Notes: generated by a model not told the origin, from the sequence alone. DNA of 34,043 bases from Methanobacteriota archaeon (GCA_005878375.1 VBMQ01000001.1:1-34043), one strand, 5' to 3'; positions 9,047-18,847 are shown, numbered from the stretch's first letter. A program made the numbers and translations.

Positions 9047-9436
9047 CTACGCGGAGACGACGGCCTCCGCCTCGATCTCGACCAGGATCTCGGGGGCGAT
9101 GAGGCGGCGGACCTCGACCATCGTCGTGGCGGGCCGGACGTCCGCGAAGAACTCGGCGTGTGCCTTCCCGATCTTCTCCCAGTCCTCGATGTTCGTCACG
9201 TACACGCGCGTGCGGACGACGTCCTTCATCGTCGCCCCCGCCGCCGTGAGCGCACGGTCGATGTTGCGTAGCGCCTGCACGGCCTGCGCGTACGGATCCC
9301 CGAGCCCGACCACGTTCCCCTGTTCATCGGTGGCGGTGGTGCCCGACACCCAAACGGTTCGGCCGATGCGGACGGCGCGAGAGTAGCCCACGAGGGGCTC
9401 CCATCGCGTGCCCGAGGAGACGTTCTTCCGTTCCAT
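9047..9436 (-). CDS. ridA: RidA/YjgF-family reactive-intermediate deaminase
   Basis: ATG at 9436. 129 aa, ..[55 protein letters not shown]. Confidence 0.8.
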   Translation of the reverse strand: MERKNVSSGTRWEPLVGYSRAVRIGRTVWVSGTTATDEQGNVVGLGDPYAQAVQALRNIDRALTAAGATMKDVVRTRVYVTNIEDWEKIGKAHAEFFADVRPATTMVEVRRLIAPEILVEIEAEAVVSA

Positions 9437-9450
9437 CCGTGGGCGGAACG

Positions 9451-11883
9451 TCAATGAGGCTTGAGAACTTTGACCTCGGCGATCGGAGGGGTCGGGGTCG
9501 GTGCCGCGACGGCCACGGCCGCCATCTTGGCCGCGGCCTTCTTGGCCCGCAACGTCGCCGCCCGCTTCTTCTTCCGCGCGAGCGCCTTCGCCTTCTTCTC
9601 CCGCTCCGCCTTCGCCGCCGCCTTCGCGAGCTTCTTCGGGCACTGCATGTTCACGCAGAACTCCCATGGGCGCCCGTGGATCGTCGCGCGCATGATCGGG
9701 TTTCCGCACGCCTCGCACCGCTGCATCGTCGGGTCGAGGGGGCCGCGTTGCGGGAGCGGATGCGTATTGTCGCACTCCGGGTACCGGGTGCACCCGAGGT
9801 ACCGGCGGTTCCGGCCGGAGTGGCGGATGATCATCTCGCCCTGCTTGCACTTCTCGCATCGACCGACGATGTTCTTGTCCCGGAGGCTCGGGCACTCGGC
9901 GTCGATGCAGAACGTCTCCGGCCGCCCGCCGCCCACGCGTTTCACCCGGGGGAAGCCGCACGTCGGGCACGTCTCCTGCGTCGGCTCGATGAGCCCCGGC
10001 GGGAGCCGGTGGAACACCTTGCACGTCGGATAGTTCGAGCAGCTCACGGTCCGGCCGCCGCGCGGGTCCTGGCGCATGAACAGATTGCCGCCGCACTCCT
10101 TGCACGGGCCGAGGAAGTTCTGGACCTGGAGGGCGCTCGTGATCTCCGCGCCGATCGCGTCCTGGTTCTCGACGAGCACCGCGAGCGCATCCTCAAGGAG
10201 GGACTGCGACTCCCGGATGACCTCCGCCTGCGTCCGCACGCCCCGGGCGATCTCGTCCATGTCCTGCTCGAGGTGCGCGGTCATCTCCGGCTCCGTGATC
10301 TTCCGCGCATGGTCCTCCAGAGCGCTGACGAGGGCGCGGCCGGGCAGCGTTGGCTTGAGTTGTCGCCCTTCCACGTACTTTCGATCGTACAGCTTCTGGA
10401 GGATTTCGTGGCGGGTCGACTTCGTGCCTAGGCTGAGGCGCTCCATCTCCTGAATCAGAGCGCCTTGTGTGTACCGGGCGGGCGGCTTCGTGCGGTCCTC
10501 TCGCATCTCCACCGCCAACAGCGGCACGGTCTCGCCCGTGACGAGCGCGGGCAGGTCCGACTCCCGCGTGTCCCAGTATGGGTAATAGGACCGCCATCCC
10601 GGGTCTGTGAGCCGGTACCCGGAGGCGAGGAACGCTTCCCCGTTGACGGTCAGGCGGGCCTCGCTCGCGATCCCGACCGCGGGCGGAGCGACCGTGGCGA
10701 AGAATCGGCGGACGACGAGCTCGTACACCTTCCACGCGTCGGGGCGCAGCTTGTTCTTGAGCGCGGCCTGCGTCGGGTAGATCGGCGGGTGGTCCGTCGC
10801 CTCCGTGCGGCCTCGGGTCGCGCGAATCGACGGCTGCGCGAGGAGCGCTTCTGCCTCGGCCGTGAACGCGGACCCCCGCAACTTCTCGAGCACGCCCTTC
10901 AGGGACAGCGTCGGCGGGTACACCGTGTTGTCCGTCCGCGGGTACGAGATGTACCCCGACGTGTACAGGTCCTCCGCGATCCGCATCGCGTAGGCGGCCC
11001 CGAGCCCGAGCCGGTTTGCCTCCGCCACGAACATCGTCGTGTTGAACGGCGGCGGTCCCCGCTCCGTCTTCTCGTTCGTCAGGTATTCCTCGACGAGGCC
11101 GCCCTTCCCGCGCTTGGCGGCGGCGAGGACCTTCTCGGCGCCTTTCTTCTCCCAGAACTGACCGGTCTCATGGTTCGCGGTGAACGGGGCGCCCTTCTCG
11201 AACCTCGCGTGGACGGTCCAGTACGGCTTCGGGGTGAACCGCTCGATCTCCCGCTCTCGGTCGACGATGAGGGCGAGGGCGGGCGTCTGCACGCGGCCGA
11301 CGGAGAGGAAGTCCTTGCCGACCTGGTTCGCAGCCATCGAGACGAAGCGGGTGAGGACCGCGCCCCACGCGAGGTCGACGACCTGGCGGGACTCCGCGGC
11401 CTGCGCGAGGGGAAGGTCCACTTCCGCGAGATTCCGGAACGCGTCCTCGATCTCCCACTTCGTGAGCGACGAGTACCGGGCCCGCCGGGCGCGGATGCGC
11501 GGGTTGACGTCCTTCACGATCGTGAGCGCCTCGACCCCGATCAGCTCCCCCTCTCGGTCGAAGTCCGTGGCGATGACGACCTCGTCCTGTCCGGGGGCGA
11601 CCTCGCGGAGCGCCTGCTCCACGTTCGCCGCGGTGACGACCTTCACGGGCTCCGCCCACACGAGGCGCTTCAGGTCGACCTTCTCCCAGGCGTTCAGCTC
11701 CTCGGGGTAGTCGAGGTTCTGGATGTGCCCCCGGAGTCCGATGACCGTGATGTCCTCGCCTCCGGCGGAGAACGTGAACACCGGGACCTTGTGGGGGTAC
11801 GCGCGCTTCATCGTTCCGCCGGACAGGATCGCGGCGATCCGGGCGGCGGTGTTGTTCTTCTCCGTTACAATGAGTTTTCGCAT
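9451..11883 (-). CDS. topA: type IA DNA topoisomerase, long form with four zinc ribbons and a Lys/Ala-rich tail
   Basis: ATG at 11883 (MRKLIVTEK) lies 32 nt from the TTATTTAAT box. It carries [19 protein letters not shown], four CxxC..CxxC modules and a C-terminal [37 protein letters not shown] tail. Confidence 0.9.
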   Translation of the reverse strand: MRKLIVTEKNNTAARIAAILSGGTMKRAYPHKVPVFTFSAGGEDITVIGLRGHIQNLDYPEELNAWEKVDLKRLVWAEPVKVVTAANVEQALREVAPGQDEVVIATDFDREGELIGVEALTIVKDVNPRIRARRARYSSLTKWEIEDAFRNLAEVDLPLAQAAESRQVVDLAWGAVLTRFVSMAANQVGKDFLSVGRVQTPALALIVDREREIERFTPKPYWTVHARFEKGAPFTANHETGQFWEKKGAEKVLAAAKRGKGGLVEEYLTNEKTERGPPPFNTTMFVAEANRLGLGAAYAMRIAEDLYTSGYISYPRTDNTVYPPTLSLKGVLEKLRGSAFTAEAEALLAQPSIRATRGRTEATDHPPIYPTQAALKNKLRPDAWKVYELVVRRFFATVAPPAVGIASEARLTVNGEAFLASGYRLTDPGWRSYYPYWDTRESDLPALVTGETVPLLAVEMREDRTKPPARYTQGALIQEMERLSLGTKSTRHEILQKLYDRKYVEGRQLKPTLPGRALVSALEDHARKITEPEMTAHLEQDMDEIARGVRTQAEVIRESQSLLEDALAVLVENQDAIGAEITSALQVQNFLGPCKECGGNLFMRQDPRGGRTVSCSNYPTCKVFHRLPPGLIEPTQETCPTCGFPRVKRVGGGRPETFCIDAECPSLRDKNIVGRCEKCKQGEMIIRHSGRNRRYLGCTRYPECDNTHPLPQRGPLDPTMQRCEACGNPIMRATIHGRPWEFCVNMQCPKKLAKAAAKAEREKKAKALARKKKRAATLRAKKAAAKMAAVAVAAPTPTPPIAEVKVLKPH

Positions 11884-11910
11884 CGGGTGAGCCGGCACAC
11901 ACGGGCCGGC

Positions 11911-11920
11911 CTTATTTAAT
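11911..11920 (-). promoter_or_regulatory. TATA-like box (CTTATTTAAT) for topA
   Basis: An A/T island in GC-rich DNA, ~32 nt upstream of ATG 11883. Confidence 0.35.
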
Positions 11921-12063
11921 GGTTTGGCGGTGGATGGTGGGCCAACGCGCGCGGGCGCGGGCGCGCGCGAGGCGAGACGATTTTGGCGGGAGAAAACGTT
12001 GCGCGTCCGGCGCCCGGGACGCGACGTTGCGGTCGTATCAAGCCCGCGACGGGACCCGACACA

Positions 12064-12071
12064 CTTTTAAG
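12064..12071 (+). promoter_or_regulatory. TATA-like box (CTTTTAAG) for the zinc-ribbon gene
   Basis: It lies 26 nt upstream of ATG 12094, which implies a leaderless mRNA. Confidence 0.35.
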
Positions 12072-12093
12072 CGGCACGTAAATCGCCCCCGGG

Positions 12094-13209
12094 ATGAGCG
12101 CCCCACCGCCCCCGCCCGCAACCGCCTCCGCGCGCGCGTCCTCAGGTCCGATGCAGTTCCCGTGCAAGAACTGCGGCGCGAAGGTCGACTACGCGCCGGG
12201 CACGTCCTCCCTCAAGTGCCCGTACTGCGGGACCGAGAACGAGATCGCGGTCGAGCAGAAGCCGATCCTCGAGCACAAGATCGAGGAGCTCTCGTCCGTC
12301 GCCTCATCGCAGCAGGCAACCGGGTACGGGACCGCGACGCGCTCGTTCAAGTGCAAGAACTGCACGGCGACCTCGACGGTCCCCGGGAACACGCAAGCGA
12401 CGCGATGCCCCTTCTGCGGATCCACGGTCGTCTTCGAGCAGAACGCGAACCCGAACGTCGTCCGTCCGGAGAGCCTTCTCCCGTTCTCACTCAACGCGGA
12501 CGCCGCAGCGCAGAAGTTCCGCGCATGGCTCAAGTCCCGGTGGCTTGCGCCCGGCGCGCTCAAGAAGATGGCGCAGCTCGCGAAGATCGATGGCGTGTAC
12601 GAACCGTTCTTCACCTACGACGCCCAGGCGGACTCGGACTGGTGGGGGGAGGCGGGCCACTACTACTACGAGACCGTGCGTCGGGGGAAGGAGTCCGTCC
12701 AGGAGCGCCGCGTGCGATGGGAGAACCGGTCCGGACACCACGCGCAATTCTACGATGACATCCTGATCTGCGCGTCCACCGGTCTCCCGGAGCGCATCGT
12801 GACGAAGGCATACCCCTTCCACCTCAACGCCCTCGTCTCCTACAACCCCGCGTTCCTCGCGGGGTTCCTCGCGGAGGAGTACTCGCTCGACCCCCGCCAA
12901 GGATGGGAGAAGGCGAAGGTTCAGATCACGCAGAACGAGCAACGCGAGTGCTCCAAGGCGCTCGACGGCGACACGCAACGCGCTCTTCGCGTGAACACGT
13001 CCTTGAGCCGGACCACCTGGAAACACATGCTCCTTCCCTTGTACGTCGCGGCCTACATGTTCGGAGCGAAGACGTACCGGTTCGTCGTGAACGGGCAGAC
13101 GGGCGAGGTCCAAGGCGAGGCGCCGATCTCGTGGGTCAAGGTCGCCGCGATCGCCGGCGTCGCGATTGCCGTGATCGTGGCCGTGCTCAAGCTCACTGGG
13201 CGGATCTGA
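12094..13209 (+). CDS. double zinc-ribbon protein with C-terminal membrane anchor, function unknown
   Basis: ATG at 12094 lies 26 nt from the TTTTAA box. Two ribbons (CKNCGAKVDY..CPYCGTEN and CKNCTATSTV..CPFCGST) precede a ~200-aa domain and a terminal TM helix (VAAIAGVAIAVIVAVLKL). Confidence 0.6.
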   Translation: MSAPPPPPATASARASSGPMQFPCKNCGAKVDYAPGTSSLKCPYCGTENEIAVEQKPILEHKIEELSSVASSQQATGYGTATRSFKCKNCTATSTVPGNTQATRCPFCGSTVVFEQNANPNVVRPESLLPFSLNADAAAQKFRAWLKSRWLAPGALKKMAQLAKIDGVYEPFFTYDAQADSDWWGEAGHYYYETVRRGKESVQERRVRWENRSGHHAQFYDDILICASTGLPERIVTKAYPFHLNALVSYNPAFLAGFLAEEYSLDPRQGWEKAKVQITQNEQRECSKALDGDTQRALRVNTSLSRTTWKHMLLPLYVAAYMFGAKTYRFVVNGQTGEVQGEAPISWVKVAAIAGVAIAVIVAVLKLTGRI

Positions 13210-13247
13210 CATCCGCGTGAGCATTTCGGCCGCTGGGGCTGCGAGGC

Positions 13248-14108
13248 CTATCCGGCAGCGAGGAGGGTCGCGATTCCCGCCGGGAATTCCGCGACCGGCA
13301 CGCCGGCCGCCGCGAAGGCCTTGACCTTGCTTTCCGCCGTCCCCATTCCCGCCGAGATGATCGCCCCCGCATGGCCCATTCGTTTGCCGGGCGGGGCAGT
13401 GCGGCCCGCGATGTATGCGTAGACGGGCTTCCGTATCCGCCGCGCGCGTTTGGCGGTCTCCTCCTCTGTCGTCCCCCCAATCTCTCCGACGACGACGATG
13501 CGCTTCGTCTGGCGGTCTTTCGACAGGAGTTCGAGCGCCTCCGGCATGCTCGTCCCGATGACGGGATCGCCGCCAATCCCGAGGCACGTCGATTGACCGA
13601 AGCCCGCTTGCGTGATCGCGTTTACGATCTCGTACGTGAGCGTTCCGCTCCGCGAGATCACCCCGACGTCCCCCTCCCGGAAGATGTGGCTCGGCATGAT
13701 CCCCGCCTTCGCCTTCCCGGGCGAGATGAGGCCAGGGCAGTTCGGGCCGATCACCCGGCAGCCCTTTGCGCGCGCGTACGTCATCACGTCCAAGCAATCG
13801 TGGAACGGGATGCGCTCCGTGATCATGACGAGGAGCTCGACCCCCGCCTCAATCGCTTCAATCGCCGCATCCTTCGCGAACGGAGCGGGGACGAACAGGA
13901 TCGACGCGGTCGCGTCCGTCCGGTCCACGGCCTCGAAGCACGAATCGAACACCGGCACACCTTCGACGGTCGTCCCGCCCTTGCCCGGCGTCACACCGGC
14001 GACGACCTTCGTGTCGTAGTCGAGCATCGCGCGGGTGTGGAACTGTCCCTGGTGGCCCGTGATCCCCTGCACCAGGAGCTTCGTCTTCCCATCGAGAAGG
14101 ACAGACAC
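13248..14108 (-). CDS. sucD: succinyl-CoA synthetase alpha subunit
   Basis: [21 protein letters not shown].. is a typical SucD N-terminus, and the phospho-His loop is GHAGAII. The GTG at 14108 lies 1 nt after the TGA (14110-14112) that ends the restored sucC frame. The listed ORF starts at GTG 14126. Confidence 0.9.
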   Translation of the reverse strand: MSVLLDGKTKLLVQGITGHQGQFHTRAMLDYDTKVVAGVTPGKGGTTVEGVPVFDSCFEAVDRTDATASILFVPAPFAKDAAIEAIEAGVELLVMITERIPFHDCLDVMTYARAKGCRVIGPNCPGLISPGKAKAGIMPSHIFREGDVGVISRSGTLTYEIVNAITQAGFGQSTCLGIGGDPVIGTSMPEALELLSKDRQTKRIVVVGEIGGTTEEETAKRARRIRKPVYAYIAGRTAPPGKRMGHAGAIISAGMGTAESKVKAFAAAGVPVAEFPAGIATLLAAG

Positions 14109-15151
14109 GTCACGCGCCCCCCGCACGGACCTTCACCGCCAATTCGGCGGCGTCCTCCAACGTGTCCGCGGGATGGCCGATGCCCCGCAGGATCTTCGAG
14201 CGCCTGCTTGACGCCGACCGCGACCGTGTCCGCCTTCGTGATCCCGCCGAAGATGTTCAGGAGGATGACGGACGGCTTCGCCTTGAGGAGGATCTCGAAC
14301 GCTTGCTTCACCTTCTCGGGGTCGTCCGTGCCGCCGAGGTCGAGGAAGGTCCCGCCGCGGCCGCCTTTCAGGTTGAGGACGTCGAGCGTCGCCATCGTCA
14401 GGCCCGCGCCGTTCGCGATGACGCCGATGTCCCCGTCGAGCTGGATGAACGTGATCCCCTTCTCGTGTGCCTCCTCCTCGAGTGGGGTCCGATCCTGCGG
14501 GAGGTCCGCGTATTCCTTGTGGCGGTACTCCGCGTTGTCGTCGACGACGAGCTTCGCGTCCCCGGCGACGACGCGGCCGTCCTTCAGCACCGCAAGTGGG
14601 TTGATCTCTACGAGCTCCGCATCCTCGCCTTCGAACAGCGCGTACATCTTGGCGGCGATGTCGGAGACCTGGGACGCGACCTCCTTCGGAAGGGCCAATG
14701 CCTTCGCGAGGGCCCGCAGGACGTACGGCTCGATGCCGACGAGCGGTGGGATGTGGACGCGGAGAATCTTCTTGGCGGGGACGGACTCAATCTCGATGCC
14801 GCCGGTCGCGCTCGCGATGAGAAGCGGTGCGCGTGCGGACCGATCAATCGTGATCGAAAGGTACAACTCCTGCGCGATGTCGAGCATCTCCTGCGCATAC
14901 ACCTGCTTGACCGTGTACGGGCCAATCGACATGCTCAGGATCTGGCGGGCGGCCTCCTGCGCTTCCGACGCCGTCTTCGCGAACTTGATTCCCCCCGCTT
15001 TGCCGCGCCCGCCAATCAGTACTTGGGCCTTCACCGCGCACGGGAGCGGTGCATCAACGAGGTCCTCAGGTTTGGCGGCCAGGAGGCCCCGAGGGACCGG
15101 GATGCCGTATTTCCGGAAGATCTCGTGGGCCTTGTACTCGTAGAACTTCAT
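13991..15151 (-). CDS. sucC: succinyl-CoA synthetase beta subunit with a 3'-proximal deletion and frameshift
   Basis: ATG at 15151 (MKFYEYKAHEIFRKYGIPVP). The ATP-grasp and ligase-CoA domains are intact to ..NIFGGITKADTVAVGVKQA. The open frame then reads Arg/Gly-rich sequence into sucD. The expected C-terminus (SKILRGIGHPADTLEDAAELAVKV..) is in another frame at 14199-14110. Confidence 0.85.
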   Translation of the reverse strand: MKFYEYKAHEIFRKYGIPVPRGLLAAKPEDLVDAPLPCAVKAQVLIGGRGKAGGIKFAKTASEAQEAARQILSMSIGPYTVKQVYAQEMLDIAQELYLSITIDRSARAPLLIASATGGIEIESVPAKKILRVHIPPLVGIEPYVLRALAKALALPKEVASQVSDIAAKMYALFEGEDAELVEINPLAVLKDGRVVAGDAKLVVDDNAEYRHKEYADLPQDRTPLEEEAHEKGITFIQLDGDIGVIANGAGLTMATLDVLNLKGGRGGTFLDLGGTDDPEKVKQAFEILLKAKPSVILLNIFGGITKADTVAVGVKQALEDPAGHRPSRGHVGGRRRIGGEGPCGGRVTCLSFSMGRRSSWCRGSRATRDSSTPARCSTTTRRSSPV

Positions 15152-15185
15152 CGACGGGAAGGCGATGCCTATTCCGCATTTAGCC

Positions 15186-15422
15186 TTATTCGGAGGCGGT
15201 GAGCATTCGCGGGAATGCGCTTCCGCCAACCACAATCACGACGATACCGGTTACGAACAGACAAAAGCCGACGAAACCCCAGAACGCCCAGATTCCCGCG
15301 ATGTAGGCATGGGAGCAATAGGTCGTGCCCCCAGTCGGACAGGTCCATCCGATCGCAAACACGATTCGGATGAGGAGGCCACCGGTGACGGAGAGGAGGA
15401 CGCCCCAAAGCTTGGAGATCAT
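15186..15422 (-). CDS. small two-TM membrane protein
   Basis: ATG at 15422 is preceded by GAGGTGGG (Shine-Dalgarno-like). 78 aa with a CPTGGTTYC loop between hydrophobic helices. Confidence 0.4.
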   Translation of the reverse strand: MISKLWGVLLSVTGGLLIRIVFAIGWTCPTGGTTYCSHAYIAGIWAFWGFVGFCLFVTGIVVIVVGGSAFPRMLTASE

Positions 15423-15516
15423 CGTCCCACCTCGGATGCGTTCGACCCTCTTCAACTCGCTGGGAGATGGGCCGCCGTTCTGCCCTACGGCTCGTCGCCA
15501 TTCGATGCGAGCGTAA

Positions 15517-16329
15517 TCAGGATCGGCGCATCGTCGCGCGGAGTCGTTCCACTCGTCCAGGGAATTTCGCCACGAGCCGGCTCTTCTTCGAATTCTCCTT
15601 GAGCATCCAGAGGACGTCCTCGTCCTCGCTCTCAGCGAGCTTCATCATCCACCGGAAGCCTTCCTCCGGGGCGGCTGCGACGACCACGCTGACGGAATAC
15701 CCCAGGCATTGCCGGAGACTCCGAAACTCCGGGGAGTCGCGATCTTTGCCCGCCTTGAAGCGTTTCACGATCGCGTTGTGCATGTCCACGCCCGCGAGCG
15801 CAACCTTGCGATTCTTGAGGATGCGAGGCTCCGCGAGCCCGGCCGCCACCGCGCGCATCTCGAGCCACGCCCCGGCGGCAATCCAGTCATCGAGGGCCCG
15901 CAGGCCGATGATCGGTTCCGCTTCGAGGATGTCCTGAATAGCCATCGCGACCGCTTCCCGCGCCCGCCAACGGGGATCGCGTGCCAGGCTCCGGATGTGC
16001 GCAAGGACCTCGCGCGCACGTCCCGATGATCCAGCCCCGAGCGCGCCCAGGCCGCGGATGCCACAGAATACAGCGAACTCAAGCGGATCGTCCGCGGGCG
16101 CCTGGTCCGGCGAGATCGACGTCCACCGCGTGCACAGGGACCACATCATCTTCCAATCGCGATCGGGATTGGAAACCGCACCCGCGAATTCCTTGGCCAG
16201 TTCGAGGTTCGCGCGTGGGCTCGGGATTCTGCCCCGTGCCACCAGATAGGAACGCAGGTCGTCGTCCACGAATCGGGTCAGGTAGTCGTCGAGGAGGCCA
16301 TCGAGTTCCTCCTCGTACCCCTGCGACAC
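15517..16329 (-). CDS. HEAT-like repeat protein (DNA-alkylation-repair-enzyme-like)
   Basis: 270 aa, all-helical and repeat-like with conserved W/R positions. The assignment is by overall resemblance only. Confidence 0.4.
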   Translation of the reverse strand: MSQGYEEELDGLLDDYLTRFVDDDLRSYLVARGRIPSPRANLELAKEFAGAVSNPDRDWKMMWSLCTRWTSISPDQAPADDPLEFAVFCGIRGLGALGAGSSGRAREVLAHIRSLARDPRWRAREAVAMAIQDILEAEPIIGLRALDDWIAAGAWLEMRAVAAGLAEPRILKNRKVALAGVDMHNAIVKRFKAGKDRDSPEFRSLRQCLGYSVSVVVAAAPEEGFRWMMKLAESEDEDVLWMLKENSKKSRLVAKFPGRVERLRATMRRS

Positions 16330-16338
16330 GGGAGCGCC

Positions 16339-17256
16339 TCAGTAGATCGGCGTGCCCGTCGTCGTGACGAGCTCGCGGAACGCCTTCATGAGCTGCTTCG
16401 TGACCTTCCCCGGGACGCCGTCCCCGATCTTTCGACCATCGACCTCGACGACGGGTCCGATCTCCGCCGCGGTCCCGGTGATGAACGCTTCGTCCGAGGC
16501 CCACACGTCATACAGGGTGAAGGGCCGCTCGCGCCCCTCGACGCCGACCGTCGCCGCGAGCTCGAGCACGGTCTCCCTCGTCACCCCCGGCAAGTTCGTC
16601 GACGTCGGCGGCGTCATGAGCGCGTGGTTCTGCACGACGAAGAAGTTGTCCGCGCTCGCCTCGGACACGTACCCCGCGATGTCGAGCAGGAGGGCTTCGT
16701 CCGCTCCGTACTGGTTCGCCTCGATCCGGGCCATGATCTGGTTGAGGTAGTTCAAGGACTTGATGCTCGGGCTCAGGGACTGCGGCGGGACGCGCCGGTA
16801 GGACGACGTGACCAGGCGGAGCCCCTTGTCATACTTTTCCTTCGGGTACAGCGCGATCTTCGGTTGGGCGATGATGATGACGCTCGGTCCGCGCGTCGCC
16901 TTCCGCGGGTCGAGCCCGAGGTCCCCCGGCCCCCGCGTGACGATCGGGCGGATGTACCCGTCCACGACGTTGTTCCGCCGGCACGTCTCCAGGATCAGGT
17001 CCGTGAGCTCCTCGCGCGTATGTGGAATCGCGAGGTCAATCGCCTTCGCGGAGTGGTACATGCGCTCGACGTGGCGCTCGAGCTTGAACACCCGCTTATT
17101 GTACGCGCGGATCCCTTCGAAGACGCCGTCGCCGTACAGGAGGCCGTGGTCGAAGACCGTGATCTTGGCCTCGGACTGGGGGACGAACGTCCCGTCGACG
17201 TAGACGACTTGCTCCATGTCCGTCCGCCCCAACGTCCTCGTATCCGGAGGACTCAT
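16339..17256 (-). CDS. ilvE: branched-chain amino-acid aminotransferase (class IV)
   Basis: VFDHGLLYGDGVFEGIRAY..ERHVERMYHSAK..GYIRP..LNYLNQIMARIEA..EALLLD..GYVSEASADNFF. An alternative ATG is at 17217. Confidence 0.9.
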   Translation of the reverse strand: MSPPDTRTLGRTDMEQVVYVDGTFVPQSEAKITVFDHGLLYGDGVFEGIRAYNKRVFKLERHVERMYHSAKAIDLAIPHTREELTDLILETCRRNNVVDGYIRPIVTRGPGDLGLDPRKATRGPSVIIIAQPKIALYPKEKYDKGLRLVTSSYRRVPPQSLSPSIKSLNYLNQIMARIEANQYGADEALLLDIAGYVSEASADNFFVVQNHALMTPPTSTNLPGVTRETVLELAATVGVEGRERPFTLYDVWASDEAFITGTAAEIGPVVEVDGRKIGDGVPGKVTKQLMKAFRELVTTTGTPIY

Positions 17257-17271
17257 TATAGCCTTTCGTAT

Positions 17272-18195
17272 TCATCGTGCGGCGCGGGCGTCGTCGAACC
17301 GTTCTCCCGTGAGCCGCTCGAAGAGGGAGACGTAGAGAGCGCTGACCTCGCGCACGACCGCGTCCGGCAGCGGCGGAATCGGGGGCTCGGGCAACCCCTT
17401 CTCGCGCGCCGCCATCAGTGCCTCATGGTACCCCGTTTGGCGGTAGTGTTGCCGCACGAACTCCTTGCTCAGCTCGACCTGTTTCCCCCCTTCGTACGAC
17501 GCGAGGTCCCAGAACCGGTCCTCGTCCGCGGTCCCGAACGTGTCCACGAGCATCAGCTGCCGATCCGCGTCGAACCCGAACTCTTTCTTCCCGTCCACGT
17601 GGAGGAGCCCGCGGGACCGAACGTCCGCGTTCAATCGGGCATCGAGTTTCCCCACGTATTCCCGCAGGTCATCCCACTCCTCGCGCGAGAGGCTGGAGAT
17701 CCGGAGCGCCTCCTCCATCGTCAACTCCCGGTCCACCTTCTCGAGCTTCGTGGTGACTTCGAAGAACGGCTCCGGCAACGGCTCCCCGTAGTTCGGGACA
17801 CGACCCTTCTTGAATCCTAGGTCCTCCGGCCGAATGCGTCCTTTCTTCAAGCGGTCATCCAGGGAACCCGCGACGTAGTATCGCGCAATCACCTCGAGCG
17901 GGATGAGGAAGTTCCGCGTCTTGGCGGTGATCTTCGCGTAGTCCGCGATGACCTCGACGCGCCGCACCCGCATCCGGTCCGCGCCCTCGAGCCGCAGGAA
18001 GTGCGTCCTGAGCCCGAGGTCGGCGGCGACACGGAACCAGTGCGCGCTCGTGCGGCACAGCGTCGCGCCCTTATGGGGCACCAGGGTCGGGATGACCTTG
18101 TCGAAGACGCTAATGTGATCGGTGAACCGGAACTCGAGCTCCGTCGCGGAGACCTCGTAGACCTCCTTCACCTTCCCCTTGCGGAGGAACTTCAC
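17272..18195 (-). CDS. purC: SAICAR synthetase (long form)
   Basis: GTG start. KGKVKEVYEV..LEFRFTDHISVFD..LIPLEVIARYYVAGS. Confidence 0.88.
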   Translation of the reverse strand: MKFLRKGKVKEVYEVSATELEFRFTDHISVFDKVIPTLVPHKGATLCRTSAHWFRVAADLGLRTHFLRLEGADRMRVRRVEVIADYAKITAKTRNFLIPLEVIARYYVAGSLDDRLKKGRIRPEDLGFKKGRVPNYGEPLPEPFFEVTTKLEKVDRELTMEEALRISSLSREEWDDLREYVGKLDARLNADVRSRGLLHVDGKKEFGFDADRQLMLVDTFGTADEDRFWDLASYEGGKQVELSKEFVRQHYRQTGYHEALMAAREKGLPEPPIPPLPDAVVREVSALYVSLFERLTGERFDDARAAR

Positions 18196-18340
18196 GCGCG
18201 CGGGAACGGCCGCCCGCTCTTAGGCCTTCGCCCGACCCCGCCCTTTATCCCGCGGCAACGGATTCCGGGGCGGATAGCGGGGCGCCGAGCATGGGCGCGT
18301 GACAAGTACCCGACGTATCCGGCGGGGGAGCGGGTGACGA

Positions 18341-18847
18341 ATGAAGCGAAGCATCGCCATGGGATTGGCGGCGCTCACCGTGGTCGGCCTGATGTTGACC
18401 CTCACGGTGCGCGCGCCGATCGGAGGGCGCGTCGATCCGTACCGGAACTTCAACTTCCGCGTCGAGATCGACGGCATCACGGTGGCGTCGTTCTCGGAGG
18501 TGTCCGGCATCTCGAGCGACACGGAGGTCATCGAGTACCGGAACGGCGACACCGGTGAGGTGCAGCTCCTCCCCGGCCAGACCCACTTCGGGCCGGTGAC
18601 CCTGTCGCGCGGGGTGACGAACAACATGGAGCTCTGGAACTGGCGGCAGGACATCGTCGACGGCAAGCTCGATCGGAAGAACCTCTCGATCATCTTGCTC
18701 GACACGAAGCACACGGAGGTCGCCCGGTGGAACCTCATGAACGCATGGCCCTCGAAGATCAGCCTCGGGGACCTGAACGCCGGCTCGAACGAGGTCCTCC
18801 TGGAGTCGCTGGTCCTCGTGCACGAAGGCATGGTCCGGGTGGTGTGA
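18341..18847 (+). CDS. contractile-injection-system / phage tail tube protein homologue (T4 gp19 / Afp1-like) with an N-terminal hydrophobic segment
   Basis: FNFRVEIDG..FSEVSGISSDTEVIEYRNG..LPGQTHFGPVTLSRG..LWNW..RKNLSIILLD..ARWNLMNAWPSK..NEVLLESLVLVHEGM is a near-textbook match to the conserved phage tail region protein family. A GTATCC box lies ~25 nt upstream of ATG 18341. An alternative ATG at 18392 would remove the hydrophobic N-terminus. Confidence 0.75.
   Translation: MKRSIAMGLAALTVVGLMLTLTVRAPIGGRVDPYRNFNFRVEIDGITVASFSEVSGISSDTEVIEYRNGDTGEVQLLPGQTHFGPVTLSRGVTNNMELWNWRQDIVDGKLDRKNLSIILLDTKHTEVARWNLMNAWPSKISLGDLNAGSNEVLLESLVLVHEGMVRVV

Noticed and set aside
11946-12023. Alternating-GC tract (11946-11969) and a 7-bp GC hairpin CGCGTCC-N8-GGACGCG (12002-12023) in the topA / zinc-ribbon intergenic region. 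These were considered as a possible origin or regulatory element.
   Set aside because: There are no repeated ORB-like boxes, no adjacent cdc6/orc1 gene and no A/T-rich unwinding element. Such GC palindromes are expected by chance at this base composition.
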